From the human T2T-CHM13v2.0 reference genome, Homo sapiens, in assembly GCF_009914755.1 (NCBI RefSeq), contig NC_060934.1: a stretch of 64,000 bases of DNA; one strand, given 5' to 3'. Under the pieces are notes generated by a model. The model was given only the letters and a program-made list of their open reading frames with translations. It searched no databases and had not been told where the DNA came from. The first letter of the stretch is position 1. Every line of letters starts with the position of its first letter. A program made the translations under genes and the position numbers. Positions 1 through 14,005 of this stretch are shown here, one piece after another.

Positions 1-824
1 GTGAAGAACTACTGAGCAGAAACCAATTGTCCACAGCTGCCAGCCTTGGGCCATCTGGATTACAGAATCATGGACAACACTTAATATTATCCAGGGAAGC
101 CTCTTGGGCAAAACCACATTACGAGTTCAACCTCAGCCGTATGAAGTTCAGGGGAAATGGTGCACTCAGCAACATCAGTGACCTTCCTTTTCTTGCAGAA
201 AACTCTGCCTTTCCAAAAATGGCACTTCAAGCAAAACAAGATGGAAAAAAGGATGTGAGCCATTCATCTCCTGTAGATTTAAAGATACCACAAGTTCGAG
301 GAATGGATCTTTCTTGGGAGTCTCGCACTGGTGATCAGTACAGCTATAGCTCTTTGGTAATGGGTTCACAAACGGAGAGCGCGCTTAGTAAAAAATTAAG
401 GGCTATTCTTCCAAAACAAAGTAGAAAAAGCATGTTAGATGCTGGACCCGATTCTTGGGGCTCAGATGCTGAGCAGTCTACCTCTGGACAGCCATATCCC
501 ACATCGGATCAAGAAGGAGACCCTGGCTCCAAGCAGCCTCGGAAGAAAAGAGGGCGTTACAGACAGTACAACAGTGAGATACTGGAGGAAGCAATCTCAG
601 TGGTTATGAGTGGAAAAATGAGTGTTTCCAAAGCTCAGAGTATTTATGGGATTCCCCACAGTACACTGGAGTACAAAGTAAAGGAGAGGCTGGGCACTTT
701 GAAAAACCCTCCAAAGAAAAAGATGAAATTAATGAGGTCGGAGGGGCCAGATGTTTCTGTAAAGATTGAATTAGATCCCCAGGGAGAGGCAGCACAAAGT
801 GCAAATGAATCAAAAAACGAGTAG
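1..824 (+). CDS. LCOR: LCOR terminal coding exon (5'-truncated by window), C-terminal pipsqueak-type HTH domain
   Basis: Open frame from position 3 (EELLSRNQLSTAAS...) to TAG 822-824. Contains PRKKRGRYRQYNSEILEEAISVVMSGKMSVSKAQSIYGIPHSTLEYKVKER (HTH_psq) and ends ...SANESKNE, as recalled for human LCOR. The TTG 'start' at 27 in the ORF track is not the real start. Confidence 0.97.
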   Translation, partial: EELLSRNQLSTAASLGPSGLQNHGQHLILSREASWAKPHYEFNLSRMKFRGNGALSNISDLPFLAENSAFPKMALQAKQDGKKDVSHSSPVDLKIPQVRGMDLSWESRTGDQYSYSSLVMGSQTESALSKKLRAILPKQSRKSMLDAGPDSWGSDAEQSTSGQPYPTSDQEGDPGSKQPRKKRGRYRQYNSEILEEAISVVMSGKMSVSKAQSIYGIPHSTLEYKVKERLGTLKNPPKKKMKLMRSEGPDVSVKIELDPQGEAAQSANESKNE

Positions 825-3313
825 GAATACTGTAGAGTGCCAATTACTGTACAAACTGGGTGAGCACTACTGCATCATTGTTCAGCTATCATTGCTTGCA
901 CGTAATTTCATTTACTGTGACACTTGCTTCTTTGCAGATTTTGCATTGACTTGTGTGTACAGAGATGAAATGTGCATTCTGAATGTTGCATATTTTAAAT
1001 TTTTCATGTGCAGTATGGCTCGGAATATGTTTGGCCTTTTGCATGTTTCTCTACAAAAGAGAATTGAGTTACCTCACAGAGAACAGATACATGGAAGTGG
1101 ACTCCTTGCCTGTAGAGCCTGCATGCTTTTTTGTTTTTTTTTGTTGTTGTTGTTTTTTCTTAAGTTATATTTGTTTTTACTTTTTAAAAAAGAAGAGGAA
1201 ACAAAGCCCCCTTTTAGAAACTACGTCTGTCATACTGGGAGCTTTATCACTGCAAATTGGAAAGCCATCTTATACAAAATTATTCACATTTTTCATCTAC
1301 GATTCAACTAATCGAAGGATTAAACTAAAGAAAAAACTAAGAAGAACAATGAACCTTTGACTTTGAGAAATTTGGTTATTCACTGACATAATTATTGGGT
1401 CATTTATAGTTACATTTTATAATTTTCTTCTCACTATTAAATTTATTTAAATTAGCAAGCTATTAGTGCTCACCCAGAGGGGAAGGTGGTGGAAAATGTG
1501 CACACACTACCTTCAGAAATGCTTCAGTTAATTACTTTGAACACTACCTTTGCTGTAATTTCATTTGAGATTTTCTAAGGGTAGAATTTGGTCTCACCAA
1601 CAAGTGAGGATATAGCCTTATCTCATGGAGGACGAGCTCCGTATTTACTCAGGAGCAGTCAGGGTACATTACATAAAACAATGGAGGATGCCTCATTTTA
1701 GCAAACTAGGTTTCTTTGTATTCTTCAGTCCTTTTACAGAATTGATGTGCTAACTGAATATCATTGCAGCAACTAGACTAAGATATTCAAGATCTCTTTA
1801 TTGGGGATGGGAGAAATAGGGAAAGAAATGTGTATAAGTAATTATGATATTGCAAAAGTGATACTTAGATTTTACAGCCTCAGTAGTCTGCCCAGTGTCC
1901 ACATTAATGAAGGATCCATGTTTGTAGTGAGAGAAAAAAACCCCAAGGTAACCCGATATGATTTAGGATGCATATCAGTTCTAACAATTCAATCAGAAGT
2001 CAAGCTCATTGGAATTCCTTTTTTAACTGATCCAAATACTAGTAGAAGGGGGAGGGAGAGGTGTTGGGTTTTTTTTTTAAGTTTTTATTTAATTTTGTTG
2101 GTTAGAATTTTTTTCTGTTTTTGGCATCCTACATAATACCCCCCTTCTTGACTTTTTCTGATAATTAGCTGATATTCATGGTTGTTTAGCACACAGTTCA
2201 GGACCTTTGAGATCATGTTTGTATAAGCACTCCTTGAAGAATATCTAAGCTTTTTCTGAGATGGGCTTTTAAAATTATAATAAGGGAAGTTTATTTTCTG
2301 CGGTTTTTGCAAGAATAAGCAAAGCCCATGGAATTTAATTTTTCATTGTGATCAGATTAAAATTACTATTTGTGCAAAACAAATTCCACACCACATGTAC
2401 TGTATATTCTAATCTGCTGAGAAAGGTGGTCAGGCCCTTCTAAATGCTTAACCAAAAACAAACATTATTGGAGTTTCAGTGTAAAATAAAATTAAAATTG
2501 GAGGGTTGGTTAGATTGATTTCAGATGGATACTAACAGTTTGAGGGGAGGTCCAGATATTTCCAAGGCATAAATTCTTGCCTGGAAACTTTGGAGCAATT
2601 AATTAAATTAGGTTAAGTTTTCCCTCAGCAACCTGTGTGTTCAAAGGTTAGGCACACCATTGCTGTTACTAAAATACATGCACTGCTCATTCTTGACATA
2701 GCTTGGGTGTGGGTTCCTCTTGTTTTGGTTATTTTGTGTAGCAGTTTAATCAGTGGATAACTGAGCCTGTTTCCTCTTAGCTTTCTAGACTTCTTAACAG
2801 AAAAAACAGTTTGGGTTCAATAGCATTTTATGATTCTACAATATTTTGTCACCTAGCTGGAAGTTGCAATAAAAATTCCTTATGAAATATATGGTTTTCA
2901 TCTGTAATTGAAGGAAATCATAGAAAGTTTGCTGAAAGCAAAGGGCTAAGCTTATGAAGGAATGCCTCCTTTGTTACACACTCAAGAATTTGTCAGCACA
3001 CAATTAATTGCAGCCATAGTACCTTTTTGCGTAATGTTTGGGATATTCAGTAGCCCAGGATTGCTACAAAAAGGTCCTTTGAGAAAATTAATTTGTGCTT
3101 GCTTTTATCCCCTCTCAGAAAGACATCACTAAAGGCCCATTAAAAATCTGGCCCTAAAAGTTCAACTTTTGTAGAGTTTATTGTTCAGAGAGGTTTAATC
3201 CTATGTGGTAGTCTATATAAGTGATGTATGAGTTGAGTTATGTAAATTTTGTCATTGTAGTGTACATGGAGTGATCATTTTACTAACATAAATATTTTCT
3301 ATGTGTGTTTCAG
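737..3313 (+). other. LCOR: Alternative intron inside the LCOR terminal exon, giving a C-terminus ...KKKMKLMSG*
   Basis: Donor GAG|GTCGGA at 736|737; perfect branch point TACTAAC 3281-3287; acceptor TGTTTCAG| at 3313. The joined sequence ATG AG|T GGA TGA stops at 3318-3320, predicting 406 aa, which matches the short LCOR isoform length as I recall it. Confidence 0.75.
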
Positions 3314-3808
3314 TGGATGACAATCGAGCAGCAGAAGAATGGTGTGCCTACCCTTTAATGCTGCAGTTTAAGAGAACTTGTATTGTGTCATTTCAGATTG
3401 TAGGCTGAGAGTTGTAAATAGTGAAAATTTGAGTACTTCTATTATTTGTTTTGGTTAGAAAGTGAATTTAAAAAACAAACCAAACTCTAAACTTTCTCAG
3501 ATTAAAAGTCCTGAGACCTGAAGATTGTAATATTCATGTCTGTGAAGCTTTTAAACATTACACTTGAGATCAGTCATGACTTGATATTCAGGTAAATTTT
3601 CTTTTCCAAGAAGCTTTTGAATAAGCATATTTCCTCCAAAGGTCTCTCTCTTTCTCTCTCTTTTTTTGAGTGTAGATTATTTTAAAGCACTAATTGCATT
3701 ACATTGGTAACTGCAATATAAAATAGCCATTATTGTTTTGTGAAGCATGGTTGAAATTAGCTAGTGGTCCCTTTTGAATTTCATGAGCCTCTCAAAAAAG
3801 AAAAACTT

Positions 3809-3829
3809 AAAAAAAAAAAAAAAAAAAAA
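3809..3829 (+). repeat. A21 homopolymer in LCOR 3'UTR
   Basis: Direct read; a likely oligo-dT internal priming site. Confidence 0.9.
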
Positions 3830-6800
3830 CAAAAAGCTGCTGGAATATTTCAAAAGATATATATTTTACCTTATTATAGGTTTTGTAAAGTTAGTTTGTA
3901 ATATTCAGGTGCACTTTTAATGTTAAATTTTGTGTTCAGAGTTCCATTATACCATGTATTTCTCGGAGGTGGCTCATCACACGGCTGGTGGCAGTCTTGG
4001 TGCCGCAGTGATTCCTTAATATTTGATTTCTCTCTTGATTTGCCACTATTCTGTATTGGCACTTTCAGTGTAGATATTCTAGTTTGGGGATGTCCTCACA
4101 ATGTGTAATAGAGATTGGTCTATTAGCATGCTTAATTTCTGCTAATCAGAGTTTTGCATGGCCCAAACAACAGTTGACCATTTTTATGGTATGGGAAAGT
4201 GTAGTTCACAACTGTCTTTGTCACGAAAGCCGTTTTTCCTCACATTTTCCAGTAGGCAGATAACATTACTTAAATTATTAATATATAACACTCTTGGAAC
4301 TATTGATAGGAAATAATGTATTTAAAATAATTTTTTGCATTTTCAGAGACCTTGATGTTATAGGGTAGATAAGCTATGGCACTATAAAATCAAAAACACT
4401 AATTCTGTGGAAGGATATCTAGTTGGTATTTTTATCTTTAGCTTTCTCATTTCTGAGACAGCATAGTCATCCAGCTTGATGGTAATGTAGTATATTACTT
4501 TGTTCAGTGGGCTTATAAGTGACTCTGAATTATGTTTGTGATGAGCTATACACTTTTTTTCTGTTCCCCAAATACCATGAAGGACAAGGTCACTCTTTCA
4601 GGAAAAATAATTTATATTTGTGTATAATACTTTTTAATATTAAGTTTGTTGTTCTGAAGTTTAGATGTTGCTTGATAAACCTTTGCTGCAGCAGATCATG
4701 AATATGAGTAAGGCTTTGTGTGATAATAGGGGTCCTTATGTGAAGTTAATTACTGTTCAGTTCTGGTGAGCAAGCTCAACAAGTGTGAAGTGTGTATTAG
4801 CTTTATTTGGTACACTTTTACTTTACAATATCGAAGTGCTTTTAGAACTCTGGTTATCTTATATAAACCATTACCTCAACCAATTGGCATTTCTTTTCCC
4901 CAACATTTACCTTAGCTATAATATGAGCTATGTGGGATCAGATGGTAAAACTATAAAAGGCACAATGAGAAGTTTAGTTCCCAAGTTTTGGAGAGAACTC
5001 TAAATTAGACTAAAAACAACTACCTGTTAACACCAATATCATAACTACCTTCTGTCGTTAGGCAGTACATAGCAACCTTTGAGCTGCTAGTGAGCTATCT
5101 GTTCTCCCCCTACCCCCAAGTAAGCACACAGTGCCAGGCCTGGTTCTAAGCCTTTGTGATTCTCTTACATCTCATTGACCCATAATAGTGAAGCATGGAT
5201 TCATTTATTTTCATAAGACAAATTGAGTCAGCTCGATGTCAGAAGTTGAAAATATTTTGAGTAGTTTAACAGTTATATGAGAGATTGGCATCATTTTCTT
5301 TAACAGCTTTTATCTTTGTAGATTTCCTTTTGAGACATGTATTTTTGCTTTTATAATCCTTTCATTAAATGCCAGAGGTTGTTTTCATATTAATCACTCT
5401 TTTCTGTATATTCAGGTTGCTGTCATTGGTGATAGAATATGGCAATAGACAGAATTGTGCTCCACTTTATGTTTTTTAGGAGATATTGAAAGTTATAGGT
5501 TAAATTTTGGCCTTCTTGAAGATATCAAAGATTGTTTTCCTTGTTACCTTTAATTAGAATTTGGTCTTCATTAATGCTTTGGTCAGGCTAGCATTACTAA
5601 AAACTTGATGGCTTCAGCAGAACAGCCCGTTTAGGAGACTATTAAGCTATCTAGGGATTTTTTTTCAAATTAATTGCTTTCAAAATCTGAAAAGGAAAAA
5701 AGTATAATTGTGGTACAAAGAAGACAGATCTCCAGGCTCTTTCTTCTCAGTTTATTTTGGTTTAATTCTGTACTGGAGACTTGAATAGGATTTGTGAACA
5801 TGGTGATGGAAAGAAAAATAGAGGACATTATTTGTGTACCCTCATTCCTGAATAATCTTGCAGTCACCTTTTAAAGAAGCAGACATTAGCCCTGTAACAC
5901 AACACTGTAGCTATAAACTCTAAGTGTTAGGAAGGAGATTGGGGTGGGGAGGGTGGAGTAGGATGGAAAAAGCATGTAGACTTCTGAGAAGAGGCTAAAA
6001 ATTCTGCCCTATAATACTAAAAATGAGTCACAAGATAATGTGGTGAAGTTAGGCCATCTTGATTTGATAGAAAAATCTTTTACATTGTTTAAAAATGAGA
6101 ATCGAGGCTAATTAATGTTGATTTGACAATAGAACATGAGCTAATTCTGCAACCGTTTGGGGGGTAATTTTATGGTTTCCAGTTCATTTAGAGCTGTATC
6201 AAGAAAAGCTAAAAAGCAAGCACTTTTAGTTAATCATAGATTTATTGGATATAGCAAATATTATTATAATATTTAATCTCTATTATTTGAATGTGGAAAT
6301 GAACTCTTTTACCCCATCTTGAACTGTCATTGAACATGCTCAAGATGATCAACACTGGAAATGACCCTACACACATACCAAAAAAATCTAAAGCAGTAAG
6401 ACATATTTGAAGATCCATACCTCTTAAACTTTTTAGATTTGTCTTGGGAAAGAATTTATGAACCTGTAACCAGTATTAGTGCAGTCTTGGGTTCCTTGTT
6501 CTGCATAATTGCACCCTTTCTCAGGTATGTCCTGACAACATAAATTTTAAAATAATCTCATTAGAGATTAGATTCTCAGTGGATAGTGTGTAAGGGGACT
6601 AGGGGTGGGGGGTTGGGGGTAGTTGGACACAGGACACTGACACAGTAGAGCAGGGATTTTTAACAGTCAATAGCCAAATAGAATTTCAATCTAGAATATT
6701 TTTACCCCCTCAGAATGAGTGAAACAACTTCTATTATTTGGTGTACCCGGTGCTACACTCCTAAAAGTCTTTTTTTTTTTTCATCCAGGTGACGTTTTTT

Positions 6801-9317
6801 ATTTTTCCTGCTTGGTGGTGGAAGGTTATATAGTAAACTTCACTGTCATTAAGAAAGCGCTTGTCCAAAATGTTTAAAGTACTAGAAAAGGGATAATTCA
6901 GCACTTTTTCTGTTACAACACTAAAGTCTTAATTTATCTTCAGAGTCTTAGGTACTGTAAGTTTTTGGATGATTATTTAAAAATATAAAACATACTACAT
7001 AATATGGGGTCAGATCACATTTATATAAATAATTCTTATTTTAAAAAAGACAATAACATTTTGTACCTTTCTAGCAATTCCAAGTGATTGCCTCATTTTC
7101 TCTTGTTAAGCATTTCAAGCTTAAGAATTTGGAATTTGAGAGAAGGTGAGGGGGAAAATTCCCTAAAATAAAAATTTGTTTCAAACCATTTTAGAAAAAT
7201 AAATCACTAGGAAAATAGGTAGGGATTCTCTCCCCCTTTAAGTCTTCAGGGAATGAGCAGTATTTAGAATCTTTGGCTGAAATTCAAGCCTTTTTACTTT
7301 GTAAATTTTTAATATTAATTCACTGACATGCTTTTTACACCAGAGGACTGAAAATGGATCTTAATGTTTTTAAGTTGTGGAAGGGTATATTTCTAAAATG
7401 AGGGGGGATGATTAACTAGGTTAGTATTACCAGCATTAGTAAGTTTAAGGAATTTTAGTATGTAATAGCAAAGTGTTTGATTAAAAGTCTAATCCTATAT
7501 TACTAGTCAAAATTAGTTACATTCTGATCTAGGAAAGATAATAGTCATTGGATATTGATATGCTGTGCTGTCAGAAAACCAGACTAAGATAGAAACCTTT
7601 ATCTGACTCCCACATGTTGCTTGTTGTGATGGGATGTATACTTTACAGCAGCTTATTGCTGCTTTGAAAAAAAATGTATAAACTATACATTTGGAGTGTT
7701 TGCATATAATTCTTTATAACCTCCACTTAAAGCTGTCAGACATTGGTATTTTATCAGTCCACATTGTTGAATAAAACTAATGTTCTTAGGAATCCAGCTT
7801 GTACACACTGTTTAAAAACCCTCAGGGACAGTTTACACACTCTTCTCACTCAATTCAGGTACTTTGATGCTATTCTTAAACCTAACAGTGACTTGTATTT
7901 TTCTGTTTTGCTTTTATTTCAACGTGCTGGTAGCACATCTGATGAATGTCAACTTAAAAAACTCAGTTCAGGTATCCAGGTATAACTCAGCCAAACAGAT
8001 TTTAAAGCTGCATATAACTCTCCAGCACATGGTGCCTCACACTCTTATAGTGGCATTCTATATATTCAGTTATTACTACTGAGCAGATAATATGGGGGTT
8101 CCTGTTAACAGTGTATTTTTTAAAAAAAGCGCATAAATGTATAGCCAGCACACTACACACACACACACAAACATGCACAGTTAAACTATATATTTTTAAA
8201 TGCCACTAATAGCCAGCACAACTAAAACAAAAGACATTCCTAACTGCTCTGTAAGCTGTTAACAGATGCAGTTCCTTCTTGATGTGGCTCTTGCTTCTTC
8301 ACGATAACTACTACTAAATTCAAGCACTGGTCCTTGGGTGTCTGACCTCTACATTCTAGTTTATGCAATGTCTTTAGAGAATTTTGTGCACTGGCCACTG
8401 TGATGGAACCATTGGGCCAGGAGTGCTTTGAGTTTATCAGTAGTGATTCTGCCAAAGTTGGTGTTGTAACATGAGTATGTAAAATGTCAAAAAAATTAGC
8501 AGAGGTCTAGGTCTGCATATCAGCAGACAGTTTTGTCCGTGTATTTTGTAGCCTTGAAGTTCTCAGTGACAAGTTTTTTCTGATGCGAAGTTCTAATTCC
8601 AGTGTTTTAGTCCTTTGCATCTTTAATGTTAAGACTTGCCTCTTTAAAATTGCTTTTGTTTTCTGCAGTACTATCTGTGGTTAACAAAATAGATTATTTC
8701 TCTGCTTTAATATTTGATATCTTACATCTAAAATAAATTCTCTCCACATATAAAACCCATAGCCTTTGGAGATATGGAAAATGGTATCTTTCAGATTTCT
8801 AGAAGTTCAAGTGTCATACAACAAAACAGGAACCCCCTTTACTCTTATGGACCTCATTTCAATATACTGTTTACAGTTTGATGGAATTGTATAATTTAAT
8901 ATTTCTCTTGTACTGTAGTTTATATTTATTTACAGATTTTTTTGTACTGTGTGATTTGAACTTTTTGTTCCTTGCTATGATCAATGTTTATGTAGTAGAG
9001 CACTTATGATCACAAATTAAGTTTTTTGGTTTGATTGCACTACATTAAATTTTTTAATGCAGTTCTGATTTTTGACTGGACTAAAACTGTGTCTTAATGT
9101 ATGTGATGAGTACTTAAAATTTTAATCCATGTGGTCCCCCCCCTTTTTTTTTTTTTTGCATTGTATGTCAAAAGCGCTTGTTCTTTCGTGCATGTGTAAG
9201 ATTTAATGGTTCCATTGTATTATTTGACCATGACATTTTGGAGAAACATTCCCAGCTGTAATGTTGTGTATGGTAGTTCTCACTGGATGCTAGAGTTTTC
9301 AAAACCACTATTCTTCT

Positions 9318-9323
9318 AATAAA
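9318..9323 (+). terminator. LCOR: Distal polyadenylation signal of the LCOR (HTH) isoform
   Basis: AATAAA with several upstream TGTA motifs and downstream U/GU-rich sequence (TTTTGTTGTG...TGTTTTT). Confidence 0.75.
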
Positions 9324-9794
9324 TTTTGTTGTGAAAAACTGTTTTTAAAGCTTGGTTTCTACTTCCTAAGATTTTAATGCTTTTTGAAAAATTCAAAAAA
9401 TGGGTAAAAGTTGGATTGTACTCCAACTGTAAATACACATGGTACAAAGTGATTTTTTTAATGATAAATTCTTTCTAGATGCAATCTTTTAGATAAAGTT
9501 GCTGCTGTGAGATTCTGCTTTCATATTCAGGTGCAATATTGCGTTGTAAACTCAGTGTCTTTACTAATTTGATACCTCGGCGCTCAGATTACCTCAGTTT
9601 TCTTCATTGGATTATTCATTTTAAAAAATGTATTCAGCTAAACAAGATACAGTAATGTTTTCATAATACCGTCTTCTGTCTTGACTTAGTTTTTTATAAT
9701 TTTCTTAAGAGTATAAAACTTAATGCCGGGATTCCTTGTCAGAAAATAATAGTGACTATTTTTTGTTTGCTTTTGTCTTGAGGCATAAGTATAA

Positions 9795-10206
<412 letters not shown>

Positions 10207-10279
10207 TGCTAGTGGTGTTTTATATTTAAAGATGATGCTATTGTTAATTGGTCTAGTTTATCTTTTAATAGTTTTTGTC

Positions 10280-10593
<314 letters not shown>

Positions 10594-11006
10594 CTAGCTG
10601 TTTCTGCCTTTGGTCTGATGTTTATAAAATAGGAATTTATATTAGTACTACAGACTTGTTCTGTTGGCTTTATTTGTTCCCCTTAATTATGCCACATACT
10701 TAATCAAGATTTTTTAAGAAAGCTAATTATTATTTTGCTGTAAGTTCCAAAGCCATAACTAACTTGTTTATGGTCATTTCCTGCCGTTACTCATTATAAA
10801 CTGGGAGCCAGGTCAGTAATAAGATTACAGTTTAGCATCTCATAAATGAATTTGCTTTATTTTAGTGATCCTATCTTCAAATTGATATTCAGCTCTTCAG
10901 TTGTTATAAAGGCCCTATTTAAAGAAAGGACTTTTTCTTTTAAACTGGAATTTTCTCTGATTCTGCTGATATTTTGGAAACTAATTCAGGGGGCCCTATG
11001 TCTTAA

Positions 11007-11412
<406 letters not shown>

Positions 11413-11637
11413 AGGACTCTTAACAAACACTATTCAAATATAACAGCATATGCTCGGGACATGTGGTATTAGGTTTTGTAGCTGAAATGAGTGAATAATT
11501 TTTTTAATAGAAAGTGTTAAGTAATATAGTAGATAAGAGTTCTTGTTATATTTCACTTTATTTGCTTCTAAAAGGTAAGCATTTTAACACAGAATTTTAT
11601 TTATCAGATTCTTAACAGAATGTTGAACTTCCGTTGT

Positions 11638-11921
11638 TTGACAGGATCTCATTCTTATCTCCCAGGTTGGAGTGCAGTGGCATGATCACGGTTCACTGCA
11701 GCCTCGACCTGCTGGGCTTACGTGATCCTCCCACCTCAGCCTCCTGAGTAGCTGGAACTGCAGGCACATGCTGCCATGCCTGGCTAATTTTACAATTTTT
11801 TGTGGAGACAAGGTTTCAGTACGTTGCCCTGGCTGGTCTCGAACTCCTGAGCACAAGTGATTTCTCCCACTTTGGCTTCCCTAAGTGCTAGGATTATAGG
11901 CATGAGCCATCATGCCTGGCC
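11638..11921 (-). mobile_element. AluJ-like SINE
   Basis: GGCATGATCACGGTTCACTGCAGCCTCGACC, typical of AluJ. Confidence 0.85.
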
Positions 11922-12025
11922 GACTGTAGAGGTTTTGTAGGCATGTAAGAATACTACTGTTTCTTGACTAGTCATTTTTTAATGTTCGTTGTTCATCAGC
12001 AGTATGGAGTGATAATGGTTTGATA

Positions 12026-12316
12026 TTTTTTTGAAATAGAATCTGTCCCTGTCTCCTAGACTGGAATGCAGTGGTGCGATCTCGGCTCACTGTAACCTCC
12101 ACTTCCCAGGTTCACAAGTGATTCTCGTGCCTCAGCCACTCGAGTAGCTGGGATTATAGGTGTGTGCCACCATGCCCAGCTAATTTTGTATTTTCATTAG
12201 CGTTGGGGTTTCACCATGGTTGGCCTGCCTGTTTTGGAACTCCTGGCTTCAAGTGATCCGCCTACCTTGGCCTCCCAAAGTGCTGGGATTACAAGTATGA
12301 GCCACCGCACTTTGCC
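12026..12316 (-). mobile_element. Alu SINE (S/J)
   Basis: Both arms present, antisense. Confidence 0.85.
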
Positions 12317-12921
12317 TGAATTGTTATTTTAATGTTATCTTTCAACTTGGTGCACTAGAAAGATCACTTATTTTTCCTTCTGTAAAGTGAGGGTGTTACA
12401 GACTGAATGGTTTTTAGACCTTATTTCAACTCGTGAGTTGAAATATTTAAAATGATAGAAAATGTCATTTTCTATTAAATGTGAGACAAATACACAAATC
12501 GTATCTGTACGAACATTGGCAAATACAGTAGAAACTCTTTATTGAATAAGGTCTCGTAAACCCAGGTCTCACCTTTGCATTGAAACATTTTCTAAAGGAA
12601 AAAAAAGATCTGGATATCATGTTTAGATGCCTTTTGTTTATTTTAAGTTTTTGTTATGAAGTGTGTATGAATGTGATACTTTTGCAAATATTAACTTGAA
12701 AAGTCACTTTAAGTTATTCATAATTTTTATTTCTATTATGTGCAGGGTAGGTGTTCCTTGAATATTAGAGCACTAAGGGTCTTGGGAATCATCAGATACA
12801 ATCAGTCTTAAGCAGAATCAACCTTTTAAAAATATAGATGCCTGGGTCCTACACTAGACTAGATCCACTGAATCAGTTTATAGGAATGAGGCTTAGACAT
12901 GTTTAGTATTTTCAGAATGTT

Positions 12922-13048
12922 CCACAGGAAGTTTTTTGGGTTTTTTATTATGGTTAAAAAAAACATTAAAATTTACCATCTTAGTCATTTTCAAGTATAC
13001 AGCTCAGCATTGTTAAGTACATTCATGTTGTGACCACAGGAAGTTTTT
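12922..13048 (-). mobile_element. Short 5'-truncated old L1 (L1M) 3' end with TSD, inserted in a MER5-like remnant
   Basis: AAAATTTACCATCTTAGTCATTTTCAAGTATACAG resembles an L1M 3' end. It is flanked by the direct repeat CCACAGGAAGTTTTT at 12922 and 13034. Confidence 0.6.
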
Positions 13049-13545
13049 ATTAACCCACTGATTAAGTACTGTTGATCCCATTCTACTTTTTCATTTTTTT
13101 AGGTGAAAAACATGGAACTTGGAACCTTGAGGGACTTGTCCCTCCTCACACAATGAGGTGCCCATAATACTCATGATTTCATACCATCTTACTTATCTCC
13201 GTACCACTTTGGCATTCTTGACTCAAGCTAGAATTAGAATTAGGGATTGTACATACTAATAATTTTCCGTTAGATTCAGTTTTAACTAAATTTTAACTAT
13301 TAATTGAGTTTGGCCCTTCAGCAAACTTACGCTGCTTTTTAGGAAGAGAATGAAATCTCTTTTGTGAAGTTAGCCATAAAAATATTGAAAGCATATAAAA
13401 CCTCAGTGTTAAAAATCAGCATTAATAGGTGACTTTCAGAAAGCCCTCATAAAGGAGGTGAGTTGAAGAATAGGTAGGGCATGGATAGGAGAGGAGAGAA
13501 TACCCCAAGTTTGAGAGATAGGATTTGATGGGCCTGAGTTTAAAT

Positions 13546-13834
13546 GCCATGGCTCACTTCTGTAATCCCAGTGTTTTGGGAGGCCGAAATGAGATGATCA
13601 CTTGAGCCCAGGAGTTTGAGACCAGCCTGGACAACATGGTGAGACCCCATCTCTACAAAAAATCCAAAAATTAGCTGGCTTGGTGGCTCAATGCCTGTAG
13701 TCCCAGCTCTACTTGGTGGTGAGGTGGGAGGGTCACTTGGGCCCAAGAGATAGAGGCTGCAGTCAGCCCTGATCGCACCACTGCACTCCAGCCTGGGTGA
13801 CTAAGTAAGAGATCCTGTCTCCAAAAAAAAAAAA
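13546..13834 (+). mobile_element. AluJ-like SINE
   Basis: GATCACTTGAGCCCAGGAGTTTGAGACC...GAGGCTGCAGT; A tail. Confidence 0.85.
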
Positions 13835-13844
13835 ATTCAGCGTT

Positions 13845-14005
13845 TTCACTTGCTTATTACTACATGATCTTGAACAAGTTATTGAACCTTCCCGAGTTTC
13901 AGTTTTCTTATCTGTAAAAGAGGGTCATAGATTTGCTATAAGGTTTAAATGAGATTCTGTTGTGTAAAATACTTAGCACTGTGGCAGGCTCTTTGCAAGT
14001 GTTGT
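13845..14005 (+). mobile_element. MIR SINE
   Basis: Core-like TCTTGAACAAGTTATTGAACCTT...TCAGTTTTCTTATCTGTAAAA. Confidence 0.65.

Larger units (their letters stand above)
825..9345 (+). other. LCOR: LCOR long 3'UTR (~8.5 kb)
   Basis: AU-rich with no recognisable Alu, ending in a UGUA/U-rich block with AATAAA at 9318-9323. Alu density rises abruptly after 9.9 kb. End position approximate. Confidence 0.8.

Noticed and set aside
799-1360. 170-aa and 125-aa ORFs overlapping or following the LCOR stop
   Set aside because: F/L/C-rich translation of U-rich UTR including a simple T/GTT tract; no recognisable domain.
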